A DNA stretch of 64,000 nucleotides from assembly GCF_036365525.1 (NCBI RefSeq), contig NC_090402.1, forward strand, positions 20,653,543 to 20,717,542. Reading direction: 5' to 3'. Of the stretch, positions 50,411-61,227 are shown piece by piece (position 1 is the stretch's first letter; each line of letters starts with the position of its first letter). Source of the DNA: Heterodontus francisci (taxonomy: Eukaryota). The translations under genes and the position numbers were made by a program. The notes beneath the pieces were generated by a model that was not told the origin of the DNA, ran no database searches, and saw only the letters and a program-made list of their open reading frames with translations.

Positions 50411-51524
50411 AGAACATGCAGAGTGATTGAAGGGCTGGAGGCAGTGGATTATGGGGAGCGATTATATAAATTGTGCATGTTTTCACTGGTAAAAGAGGCA
50501 AAAAATTATACAACTGCTGTTTTTAAGATGCTAAATAAAAAAGGACTCGATAATGTAGACCATGAAAAGCTATTTCACCTTGTCCAGAAAATATAACCAG
50601 AGGACATGGCTTCAATGGGTGGTAAATTCAAAATGCGCGGAAACGATATTTCAATGAGTGGTCAATCAATGGAACAGACTCTGTCGAGAGATGGTGGAAG
50701 TAGCTGGTATGAAATCATTCAAACATAGGTTCAACAGATTTACTTCAGAAAATAACATTTTGGGATACTGCATATGAGTTACTTGACCTGTGGTAAGTGT
50801 AGCAGGCTCGGTAAGAAGGTGACTTTACACCTATGGGGCTGAATTAAGTGAGCTCGCTGCGGTCCTGGCGGCGGACCAGGAAGTGACGACGTTCCCACTA
50901 GGCCTGTGGGCGACTGCCCCACCACGATCACGCAGCGGGCAGCCATTTTACAGAAGAGGTGCGAGCTCCACCCAATCGCGAGGAGGGGGTGGGATACGAG
51001 GTGCCAAATACAGCATCAGATGACTCCGGAGCAGGTATTGGTGTCATATTTAAAGGCCTGCCAGCCCTGCTTGCATTGCTTCCTTGCACTCATTTGCTGC
51101 TAGCTTGTCTAAACTGAGACCCGTGTTCCAGTGACTCTGGGCCCCTCAACAGCATCCCCCTGGGGTGGACCCTGCAGGACAGCAAAGGCAAGACAAAGGG
51201 TGGCCCCATGATTTAGCAATGTCTCCCTCGAGATTCTCCTCCAGGCTACAAGGGAATGGCGGAAGGTCCTCTTGCCCAGCGATGGCAAGAAAAGGTCCTC
51301 GCACCTGACCAAGCAAGCCTGATGGTGATTGCTAAGGCCAGCAGCCACCTCCCCCAGAACTGATTACAGTGGTGCAAGAGGGTCAACAACCTCCTGCATT
51401 CTACCAAGGTGAGTGCTCCACACCTCTCCTTTTTAGTGATTGCAAGTAGCTACGCAGGAGGAAGCAGGACACGGAGAGGGAGGTACTACAACGGCGATGG
51501 TAGAGGGGGTTAGACATCACCTCA

Positions 51525-51870
51525 TCATAGTCATAGAGAGATACAGCACCGAAACAGGCCCTTCGGCCCACCGAGTCCGCGCCATCCATCAACCATCAAT
51601 TTATACTAATCCTACATTAATCCCAATTTTTCCCCTCTCACATCCCCACCTTCCTTCAATTCTCCTACCACCTACCTACACTAGGGGCAATTTTTACACT
51701 GGCCAATTTACCTATCAACCCACAAGTCTTTGGCATGTGGGAGGAAACCGGAGCACCCAGAGGAAACCCATGCGGTCACAGGGAGAACTTGCAAACTCCG
51801 CACAGGCAGTACCCAGAACCGAACCCGGGTCGCTGGAGGTGAGGCTGCGGTGCTAGCTACTGCACCGCCC
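51525..51870 (-). mobile_element. V-SINE (HE1-like) inside the Harbinger element
   Basis: Reverse complement of the V-SINE head, V-domain and tail. Confidence 0.9.
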
Positions 51871-52392
51871 TGACAGATGCATGGTTGCAACTTGGCCACA
51901 AGCCACCTTCTTTCACATACCACCCTCATAACAGCCCTGAAAGCGGATGGGAGCATGAGCTATATAGGGTATGAGGACCTAACACTATGTTGATCTCTCT
52001 GTGAAATATGACTATCTCCCCCTTTCCACTTGCAGGACAAGAGCGCCCATAAGAGGAGGGAGACAGCCCAGACTGATGGAGACGTCCCAGATCTTGGGCC
52101 TCTCTCCACAGCAAACGAAGACACATTAGAATTGACAGGGAGCTAGGGCAGCCGCTCCATATCAGAAATCAGATACTAGAGTTTCCATGCAAGAGAGAGG
52201 ATTGGCTTCCACTGACATACAGTTCACTTCTGGAGACCCACATCATGTAAGGTTGGCATGACGAGATCGTAGCCTAATACACACGTTTGTGTTCCTCATG
52301 TAGGTAGGCGTCTGCAGGAGACTCAACCAGAAGTGGAGCAGTTGTCCACCTCTGAGGAGGAGCAGCACTCAGAGGATGCACCATCTCATGAC

Positions 52393-52600
52393 CGGGTGCT
52401 CCGGTTTCCTCCCACATCCAAAGACTTGCAGGTGATAGGTAAATCGGCCATTGTAAATTGCCCCTAGTGTAGGGAGGTGATAGGGAATATGGGATTACTG
52501 TAGGGTTAGTATAAATGGGTGGTTGTTGGTCGGCACAGACTCGGTGGGCCGAAGGGCCTGTTGCAGTGCTGTATTTCTAAATAAATAAAAAATAAAATAA
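52393..52600 (+). mobile_element. 5'-truncated V-SINE inside the Harbinger element
   Basis: CCGGGTGCTCCGGTTTCCTCCCACA...GGGCCGAAGGGCCTG followed by an A-rich tail. Confidence 0.85.
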
Positions 52601-53689
52601 ATGACTCTCCTGCATCTTCCACTCAGTGAGATTCCTCTCGGCTGCAGAATCAGGGTCACAAGCTGGTGGGAGAACCGCACACTGCTCAAACAGCTAGCTG
52701 AGGCAGGGAGAACTGTGCGTGGCCAGGCCCATGATCAGCCTTTGGTGTCGACAGCACAGGGCATGCTAGAATTGGGGAGAGAGGTGAGGCAACATATGGC
52801 AGAGATGCCAGAGTCAATGCACAGTCATGAACGGACAATGGAAGAGTCCATTCATGACATGAGTGCTGCCATGTCTGAGGCATTGAGCGCATGGCTTCCT
52901 CCATTGAAAGGTTGGCAACCCTCACGGACAGCCAGATCACACAAATGTGTGGAGATCTGCACATCATTGCCTTGGCCATGAGCTCCAAGCAGCAGTGGGA
53001 AGGTGAGAGAAGGACAAGGCGCTTATAGAGTCTTCTCCAGCTCCTCGAACTTCTCTGGTGAGCAGGGAGGTTCAAGTGAGCCTTGAAAGGGAGGAACAGA
53101 GGCTGATCTCTGCAGTTGGGAACTCCCCTCAGGGCGCTCCGAGTGTGAACACTGGCTCCTTGGCACCTCCACCAGTGAGTCCAGCTCCAGCGGCCGCAAA
53201 GCCTGAGGAGAGTCCTGCATCAGTGCAGGAAATCCTCAGGCAGCCAGGGCCCTCCAGGCCTCAGGCAGCCAGAGGACTGCTGCCAAAGTCATCACAGGCC
53301 AAGTTCCTGCCTCCAGCCCAGCTGTTAGTTATGTGTTCACATCTCGCAGAAGCATTTGTAAACATATAAAAAAAGAACACCTAGACAGACATGGGGGGTT
53401 CTCGGATGTTTGAAATTTGTCATGCTGCATCATATAAAGTTCTTTTGTTCAAGACATTACCCTTCATTGTGTACAAGTGAATATTCCATCATCCTTAATT
53501 GTGAGCTGCTGACTTCAGCCTTCTCCCTAAATGGAATGCCAATGTAGGCACAGCCCTCATTTAAATAGGCTCTCCCATGGGCACAAGTGTGTTGTTCAGC
53601 TGGGCGCTAGGCACAGAATGCAAATACAAAGGAAGCGACAGACTGCTTGCATTGAGGTGGGTCTTTATTGGTTTTTCTCTGAATGGCCA

Positions 53690-54800
53690 TCAGGGTGGCT
53701 GGAAATGACCAAATATGAGATTGTCTCTTGCCTCCTTGGCCTGTCGCTCAATCTGACTGGCCTCTGGTGTGAGGGCTTCAACATCCAGTGCTGTTTGCTC
53801 AACTCCCTCTTCCACACCCTCCTTGTCGTTGGAGGAGTATCGCTCAGTTATGTCTTTTTGATGCAAGACCACCCCCTCTGCAGTGCTAGGTTGTGCAGAG
53901 CACAGCAGACCACAACAATATGCGATACACTCGCTGGGTCAGACTGTAGGGCTCCACGTGATCGATCTAGGCAACGGAATCTCATCTTCTGCAGCTCAAT
54001 GGCCTGATCGATGGTCGCCCGGGTGGAGCTGTGGCAGTGTTGTATCTCTCCTCTGCTGCATTATGAGGGTTCCTCATGGTTGTCAGTAGCTAAGTCTTCA
54101 ACGGGTCCCCCCCGCCCCCAAAAATCCATCCCTGAAGGTGAGCAGGAGGCCTGAAAAGCTGTGGCACCTGGGACTGTCAAAGTATGTAGGCGTCATGGCT
54201 GCTTCTTGAGAAGCGGGTACACACCTGCAGGAAACGCTTTCAGTGGTTGCAGACCACTTGAATGTTGATTGAATGGAAGCCCTTCCTGTTGATGAAGGCG
54301 GCTGGCTGGTCCGTTGGAACCTCGAGGGCCACATGCATACAATCTATCAGATCTTGCACCTAGGGAAATACAGTGATGGCCCCGAATCCGATGGTCTGCT
54401 CATCTTCACTGTCTGGTTCGGTCCAGTAATGCACATTGTTGCTGGCCCTCTTTAACAGGGCATTGAGCATATCCTTAACACAGCGGTGGGCTGTGCCCCC
54501 AAACATTCCCAATGAATCCTTGGAATGATCCAGACTCATAAAGGTTTAGTGCCACTGTAATCTTCAGGGCCACTGGCATAGGGTGACCCCCCCCCCAAAT
54601 CCCATGGGTCGCAACGCGTCCTGCTCCAGGGCGCACAAGTCGGTGACGACCTCCCTGGAGCGGCATAGTCTCCACCGACAATGCCACTCGTACATTTGGA
54701 GGTAGCTGATTCACGTCCGGTACACTCTCTGGCAAAGGTGGGCCCTTCTTGGCATGCCTGGCTGCTTCTGCTCTCGTCGTGGATCTTTACGGGCAGGCAC
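53690..54800 (-). pseudogene. Harbinger (HARBI1-like) DDE transposase remnant
   Basis: ALKITVALNLYESGSFQ; IDCMHVAL...FINRKGFHSINIQVVCNH*...SSHDAYIL*; KMRFRCLDRS...IVVVCCALHNLA. Stops and frameshifts present. Confidence 0.88.
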
Positions 54801-57379
54801 ATGTGCCTTTTGGCAGTCCCTCCGTTGAGGCGTTACATCATGTCACAGGGGTCCAAAAATATTGGGTGTATGAGACCCATGCCAGGTTTCCAGCGGGTCA
54901 ACGGACCGCTGCTGATGCAGAGACAACCCTGCCTTGGCCACTGAGCTTTTGCTACTTCTCCCGGCAGACTTCCTGATGGCCCTCGGTGTCCACCCTTGCT
55001 GATAGCTGACCCTCTCATCCAGAACTACGGGCAACCCAATTATCTCACCCAACAGTTTGATCACCCGATACAGTCATCCAAACCCAAGCCTCCACCTTTG
55101 CAGAGCACCTGAGACCTTGACCCCCCCTGCCCCTTGCAGAGCACCCGAGAACCCGACCCCACTTGCAGAGCTCCTGAGAACCTGCACTGCAGGCCAACAA
55201 TGCCCTCTGCACCCCCCACAACAACCCCCTAACCCTATGCAGTGCTGGGCATGCCTGGCTACCCATCACGAAACTGAAGCCTTGCTTTGGCACCTCCAGC
55301 TTTTAACTGTCGGGAATCCAAAGGCATGCCGTCCACTTAATCCCAAGCCCCCCATGAACTGCAATGAATTAGATGCAAATGTATTAAAATTAATTGCTCA
55401 GCAATTTAAAATACATTTGTCACATTGCAGTGGTGATTCCACCTTGGTGCTTTACCACCACTGACTAAATCCAGAACCGGTGTCATGGCCCCGGATTTTC
55501 CGGTAGATACTTCCAAAACGATTCTCCATCCCCCCATACCACCATTCCCGCTGCAAATGGCCCACTAAATTCAGCCCATGGTTCCCAAAGTTTTCCATTG
55601 CTGGGGTTTTTCTTGTGTCATGTCTGGGTCTGTTGTAGATTAATTGGTAGAGATTATGTAGGGGAGACTGGCATAGGGAACCATGGGATACTTGGCTTAA
55701 TTTAGGTCCCTGTAACTTGAGAGAGCTTTCCTGCTAGACACACGAATTATATGAATACCTAATCAGAAGGTTGACAAGGTGAATAATATAACCAAGGGAG
55801 GATCAGATTAGGGAAGACAGTAGGTGGAAGATGAGGTAATTGAAGAAACAGTTTATCAAATAAACCTCCAATAAACTGTATAAAATGACTGCTCAAACAT
55901 TGTTCCAGCAAAACCCCTACAATCATTCGTGAGTAGGACTTCTCCTTGCATGCTCGTAAATAAAGATCGCTCATTTGTACAAGACGTCCAACCCTCAAGG
56001 TGTTGTTGGGTACCAGGGCAAGCCCTCACCCTTACAATTACCATAATTAGTCAACAACTCCATTATTATTGTATCATGTGACTACTAGGATAGTAGAAGG
56101 AGAACTAGGTGGAACTTGGTCTTTTTTCATCTAGTAATTCCTCTGTTCCAATTTTAGCTGCCTTCAGAAGGTGGTGGTGGGCTCTCTTCTGATAATTAAC
56201 ATACACTTTTGGGAACAGGGATTTACCATATTAATTAAGCAGAACGTTAATATGGTTTCAGAATAAAATGTACACAGACTTTACAATTAAGTTGCCCTTC
56301 AATTCAATTCACTTTTCAGGAATTAAATTTCAATTGTCATTATTTAAAAAGATAACTTTATAAACCTCTAACTATAGAGCTAAATGGAGTTTAAACTGAA
56401 AACATCTGGATAAAGCAGAAGACCACAAAAATTGTTAGGCTGCGGTACTTGGAGAATGCAATTAAAGTTCTGAAATTAACACTCTGCATCAGGATTTTAC
56501 AGCACAGTGATAGTCAGTCCTAGCCTTTTACATTACAGTGATCGTCATTCCTAGCCTTGCTCTTGATTCCAAATGATTCAGTATCAACGATCAGAATATA
56601 ACTACACCATAATTTCAACTATATTGTCCTTCACTCTTAATTTATGCAGCTTAATAATGGGCAAAGTTTTTCCTGTGTTCAGTATAGCGTAATTGTAAAT
56701 CTTTTCTTTATAAATGAAAATCTTTCACTGATGTGTTTTAAATCAAATCTACAACTTGCTGAATCTAAAGATTGCTGTTGTATGACTGAAATGTAAAGTG
56801 TTCGGTTAATAACATGGCAAAATGTCATTAAACAATATTGAGACATATTTAATAAGACTTAATATTGATGCAGATGAATGACTAATTGAAAATAAATTTG
56901 TGGAAGTGCGTTCTATATAGAATATACAATATTACTAGATAATTTCTCAAAACACAACACCAACAAAAGATATTTTACAATTAAAATGTATTACATCCTC
57001 ATGAAATATGTAATAGAAAACTCTGAAAGTTAGCTATTTGGGGGATGACTTATCAGGAAACTGTGAACAGGTATTTCATTGCAAAATCTCCGTATTCAAG
57101 ATGAAACTGAATTTGCTAAATATAATACAAGGTGATATTCTTACATTTTGTAATCTAGGCACTGCAAGCTTTTGAAAACAACCTACTTCTAAAATGCAAA
57201 ACTTTAGCTGCAAAAATCAAAATTCAACATTTAGATCTTCCTACCATTTTGAATAATAATTTTAAGTTAGCAGATTTGTGGAACAGAAATTTATTTGTGG
57301 GTTTATGCTTATGATTTGCAGATAAGCAAATTAGATTAGGAATCAAATGACAAATCAATGTCCAAACATTATCGAGTCA

Positions 57380-57705
57380 TTGGTTAGCACCGCAGCCTCA
57401 CAGCTCCAGCGACCCGGGTTGGGTTCTGGGTACTGCCTGTTGGGAGTTTGCAAGTTCTCCCTGTGACTGCGTGGGTTTCTGCCGGGTGCTCCAGTTTCCT
57501 CCCACAGCCAAAGACTTGCAGGTTGATAGGTAAATTGGCCATTGTAAATTGCCCCTAGTGTAGGTAGGTGGTAGGAGAATTGAGGGAAGGTGGGGATGTG
57601 ATAGGGAACATGGGATTAATGTAGGATTAGTATAAATGGGTGGTTGATGGTCGGCACAGACTCGATGGGCCTGTTTCAGTGTTATATCTCTCTATGACTC
57701 TCTAT
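57380..57705 (+). mobile_element. V-SINE (HE1-like), followed by a CR1 tail (-, ~57705-57958)
   Basis: Head, V-domain and tail match the other copies. Confidence 0.85.
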
Positions 57706-58399
57706 TTACAACATAGGAGGAAGCCATTTGGCCCATCGATTCCATGCTGGCTCTCTGCGGAGCAATCCAGTCAGTCCCACTCCCCTGCTCGATTCCCATA
57801 GCCCTGCAAGTTTATTTCCTTCAAGTGGCCATCCAATTTCGTTTTGAAGTCATTGATCGTCTCCGCTTCCAGCACTCTCATGGCAGAGAGTTCCAGATCA
57901 TTACCACTCACTGTGTAAAAAAGTTCTTCCACACATTCCCCCACCATCTCTTTCCCAGATGAAACATTCTGATGAAAGGTCACTAACCTGAACGTTAAGT
58001 CTGTTTCTCTCTCTCTACAGATGCTGCCAGACCTGCTGAGTATTTCCAGCACTTCCTGTTTTTATTTACTACAATTTTTTCTGTCCTTAAGCCAATTTTT
58101 TTAATCCAATTCCCATTCCATGAGACTTAATTTTGTTAACCAGTCTTTTATGTGGTATTTTATCAAACGCTTTCTTAAAATCCCCATAGACAGCATCCAC
58201 TGCATTCCCTTCATCAACCTTCTCTGTTACTTCATCAAAAATTTCAATTGGAAGAGATCAAATTGTTTATTTCTCAAGAAATGCATTTTTAACAATTTAG
58301 AAAAATAAAAAGTGGACCTTGAATAATTTAAACATGACATTTACATTAGGAAGAGGAACATCTATTATTACTTTCCGGCTTGCAACCGTGCAGTTTATT

Positions 58400-58980
58400 C
58401 ACTGGGAAACCAAGGCTGGTATAGGAGAGCCCGCCCATTCCAGTCAGTAGCTGCCCGCCCTGATCGAGAACTGATTCGCCAGTGGCCCGCCAATCAACCT
58501 GGCCCGCCCATTTTCGGACTCTGCGCCAAGCCAGCTTGAGTGAGATACCTGTCAATCATCACGCAACCGACCTATCAAAAGTCGAACGCCCCCCAAGACG
58601 TCAACAACCGTTTTTTCCTCTCTCTTGCGCGAGGCCTTCGCAACCTCACGTCAACCGGTCGAGGCAGGACAGGACAAAGCGGGGCCTGGCAAAGAACGGT
58701 CAAATCAACTAACTTCACCCGTCGGAGGTCACACCGGCAGCGTTATTTATGGAGCGTCCGAATCGAGAGTTATCGGGCGCTGTCCGTCTCCGCCGCCCCC
58801 CTTGCCCACCACCCCGCCCTCGCGTACCTGTGAGCTTCCCCTTCACCTGAGAGCTCGCATCGTCAGGGCCCCGACAGCCGCGCCGACGTCACCTCCTCAC
58901 GTGACGCCAACGGCACGCACTCAATGTAAACAAACGGCCCGGAGCGGCGCGCATGCGCGGCCAGTCCCCACCCACCAGCC
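58400..58980 (-). promoter_or_regulatory. ZBTB43: CpG-island promoter and probable non-coding first exon of ZBTB43
   Basis: CpG-dense unique sequence; NRF1 palindrome CGCGCATGCGCG 58948-58959; forkhead TGTAAACAAA 58925-58934; E-box/CLEAR TCACGTGAC 58897-58905; CRE-like GACGTCA 58885-58891; minus-strand donors CAG|GTACGC (exon end 58828) and CAG|GTGAAG (58847). Assignment to ZBTB43 is by position. Confidence 0.7.
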
Positions 58981-59144
58981 ACTAGTGCATATGTTGTCCT
59001 GGAAATCTGTTAAGTCTAACTGGTCACACACACACAAAGTTATATTCGCCACAAGAAAGATGCATTGACATGCTGCACAACAATGTCAGCTGGCAGATCT
59101 GTCTCTTTTTACATATATTAGTAAAAGAAAGACTTTCATTTATA

Positions 59145-61227
59145 GGAACATAGGAGTTGGCCATTCAGCCTGTTGAACCTGCTCTACCATTTGATTAGAT
59201 CATGGCTGATCATCTACCTCAACGCCACTTCCCACACTATCCCCATATCCCTTGATGTCACTAGTATCCTGATATCTATTGATTTCTGTCTTGAACATGC
59301 TTAATGATTGAGCTTCCACAGCCCTCTAGAGTAGAGAATTCCAAAGATTCACCACCCTCTGAGTGAAGAAATTCCTCCTCAGCTCAGTCTTAAATGGCCT
59401 ACCCCTTATTCTGAGACAATGCCCTCTGGTTCTAGACTCACCAGCCAAGGGAAACATCCTGTCTACATCCACCCTGTCATGCCCTGTAAGTTTCAGTGAG
59501 ATCACCTCTCATTCTTTGAAATGCTAGAGAATACAGGCCCAGTTTCTTCGATCTCGTTTCATAAGACAATCCCGCTATTCCAGGGATTAGTCTGGTGAAC
59601 CTCTGTTGAATTCCGTTTTTGGCAAATATATCCTTCCTTAGATGAGGAGACCAAAACTGTACATAATACTCCAGGTGTGGTCTCACCAAGGCTCTGTACA
59701 CTTGCAGCAAGATTTCTTTACTCTGGTACTCAAAATCCCTTGCGATGAAGGCCAACATACCATTTGCCTTCCTAATTGCTTGCTGCACCTACATGCTATC
59801 TTTTAGTGACTCATGAACAAGGACACCCAGGTCCCTTTGGACAACAACACTTCCCACACTCTCACCATTTAAGAAATACTCTCTCTGTTTTTTTTCTAAC
59901 AAAATGGATAACTTCACATTTATTTACATTATATTCTATCTGCCATGGTCTCGCCCATTCACTTAGCCTGTCCAAGTCCTCTTGAAACCTCCTTGCATTC
60001 TCCTCAAAACTTACATTCTGTAGTTTTGTGTCATCAGCAAATTTGGAAATATTAGATTTGGTCCCTACATCCAAATCATTTATATTGTTACGACCGAGAC
60101 GGGAGGAGTGCACTGTCTTTCTCTAGTTCTACTTCTCACAGGTCACGACATATATTTAAATGTTTACCCAGTTACCGATACGGTCAATCATATACTCTAC
60201 TCTTTATCCCAGAATAAAATACACCAACCAGGTTTCTTATATAAATAACAAAATTATCAGTTTATTATTCAAAAGACTTATCCAGTAAAGATGCAAAGCA
60301 TTAACACAGTTCAAAATATGAATGTAAATAGATATTCCCTTCTAGTTACCCAATACACACACACCGGTTAGATTAAAAAAAAGTTTTCTCTGCAGCGATT
60401 CACTTTACAAAAAGGCAAAAAAAAAAATACTTTGGCCAAATACTTGTTAATTCTTGAAGGAAACAGAGAAGATATGGAAAGATATCAGTTGTCCTTTGGT
60501 ATGGTGTCCAGGTTCAGAGAGACAGGTCACTTGGATCTTTTCAGAAGCAGTTTCTTTTGGAGATGTTGAGAATTAGTCCGGTCGGCTTTCCAGGTGAAAT
60601 GCTGCACCAGGGATTTCAACTATCACACTGAATTTGCAAGGTTGTTTAGGCAGATGGAGAAAGATGAGCTGGGTGTTTCTTTCAGCAGCCTACAAACCCA
60701 ACTGACATTCAAAACAGTCCACACCCCATCCAGAAAGTCAAAATCGCCTGACCACCATAAATCTTGACATGTCACTTCTCTGTAAACATCTCCCCCAAGT
60801 CACCAAGGCTTCTCTTGTTTATTTAACTTAAGGCATATGACATCCGGTAAAGGTTTGTTTTCAAACAAAACCTCAAGCGTCTAACCCTTGTTAAAAAAAA
60901 ACACATCCCTGGAATATTTTCAGTTTCCCAAATGAACTAATGTCCATAATCATTAACATAAGTCCTCAACACATTTTAAGAATGGAGCACCATCATAACA
61001 AGGTGGATGTGAACAGCTGTGGCCCCCAGCACTGATCCTTGCAGTACCCCATTAGTAACAGCCTGCCATCCTGAGAATGTCTTTTTTACTTCTACTCTCT
61101 GTTTTTCTGTCTGTTAACCAATTCTCAATCCATACCTGTACATTACCTCTAATCCCATTTGCTCTAATTTTGTTTACTAACCTCCTGTGTGTGACCTTAT
61201 CAAAAGCCTTCTGAAAATCCAAATACA
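59145..61227 (-). mobile_element. CR1 LINE RT/3' region interrupted by a solo LTR and truncated by the Gypsy element
   Basis: ISKFADDTK, YNVNKCEVIHF, LVRPHLEYYVQFWSP (ORFs 59477-59788 and 59862-60113). Confidence 0.9.
60086..61000 (-). mobile_element. Solo LTR, Gypsy (Gmr1-like)
   Basis: TGTTACG...CATAACA termini; homologous to 46680-47541; splits the CR1 RT. Confidence 0.8.

Larger units (their letters stand above)
51185..53370 (+). pseudogene. Harbinger Myb/SANT-like accessory protein remnant (spliced)
   Basis: RQRVAP*FSNVSLEILLQATREWRKVL...RT*LQWCKRVNNL; donor AAG|GTGAGT at 51409; acceptor TTGCAG| at 52035 then DKSAHKRRETAQTDG. In-frame stops present. Confidence 0.7.
50836..55577. mobile_element. 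Full-length decayed PIF/Harbinger DNA transposon
   Basis: TIRs GGGCTGAATTAAGTG / CACTAAATTCAGCCC; TSD ATG (50833-50835, 55578-55580); convergent Myb/SANT and DDE transposase remnants. Confidence 0.9.

Noticed and set aside
24470-57705. tRNA-like A/B boxes as tRNA genes
   Set aside because: All are heads of SINE or LINE copies followed by repeat bodies; no standalone cloverleaf with a terminator was seen.
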